From Phoronis australis (Eukaryota; Animalia; Phoronida): a stretch of DNA of 64,000 bases. Shown piece by piece: positions 63,576 through 64,000 of the stretch (position 1 is the first letter of the stretch; each line of letters begins with the position of its first letter). The notes beneath the pieces are model-generated. The model saw nothing but the letters and a program-made list of their open reading frames with translations, was not told the origin of the DNA and did not search any database. Location of the stretch: NCBI GenBank assembly GCA_002633005.1, contig NMRA01000391.1, positions 116,632 through 180,631 of the forward strand, in the 5' to 3' direction. Position numbers and translations under genes: made by a program.

Positions 63576-64000
63576 TTAAGAAGTTTTTATGTTCAATCCA
63601 TGAGGTTCTATTGTATTCAGTTTGTCTATCCAATATTGTTCTCTTTTAAGTCTGTGAGGGGTACTGGGGTGTTGGAGTTTTTCTATTATTTGTACAGAAA
63701 GATCTTGAATATTATGGTTTTTGGAATTGAAATGATTACCTATAGTATCAGAAATGTTTTTATGTATTATGTTAAATCTATGATTACGAAACCGAGTTTG
63801 TAGATTATGTTGAGTTTGTCCTACGTATTGGATAGAACATTTTTTACAAGTTATAAGGTAAATAATATTGTTGGTGGTGCAATCAGAATAATGTTTTATT
63901 TCAAAGTTTTCATTGGTTTGGGAAGACTGGAAAAAAGTGCTATCGTTGATGAAGTTACACATTTTACACCTAGTTTTGTTACATTGTGTGTTGCCAATAG
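63576..64000 (-). mobile_element. Penelope-like retroelement, C-terminal GIY-YIG endonuclease (ORF runs off the window)
   Basis: Frame open to the window edge: CNKTRCKMC linker zinc motif, NIIYLITCKKCSIQYVGQT, RFRNHR, IGNHF, RLKREQYWIDKLNTIEPHGLN; CxxC between the GIY and YIG triplets as in Neptune-type PLEs. Confidence 0.9.

Overview
Animal (bilaterian invertebrate, probably a highly heterozygous marine species; taxon is inference) genomic DNA, not prokaryotic. Four conserved housekeeping genes could be reconstructed exon by exon from GT-AG sites and phase continuity: MARK/Par-1 kinase (+, 17 coding exons, 465-22590), RAB3GAP2 (-, single-exon 1319-aa CDS, 24587-28546), AP-4 mu subunit AP4M1 (+, 12 exons, 34063-44012, first intron is U12/minor-spliceosome type) and SEL1L/Hrd3 (-, 15 exons, 62659-45832, with a greatly expanded acidic repetitive N-terminus). 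Introns and intergenic DNA are full of DNA-transposon relics (THAP-bearing Kolobok-like and ISL2EU-like elements, MITEs with 5-6 bp target duplications, Helentron-type HINEs, a CACGG-ended element, foldback palindromes), a tRNA-derived repeat and minisatellites, and the window ends in the 3' part of a Penelope-like retroelement. Three ~1-1.3 kb near-identical tandem duplications straddle single-N gaps and look like uncollapsed alleles. The most unusual signals are minimal hammerhead-ribozyme-like motifs (a U3-A8 variant behind the Penelope ORF and an inverted pair inside a TSD-flanked hairpin in a MARK intron), the intronless RAB3GAP2, the U12 intron and the SEL1L extension. I found no evidence of a wholly new multi-gene system; most short ORFs in the track are spurious.
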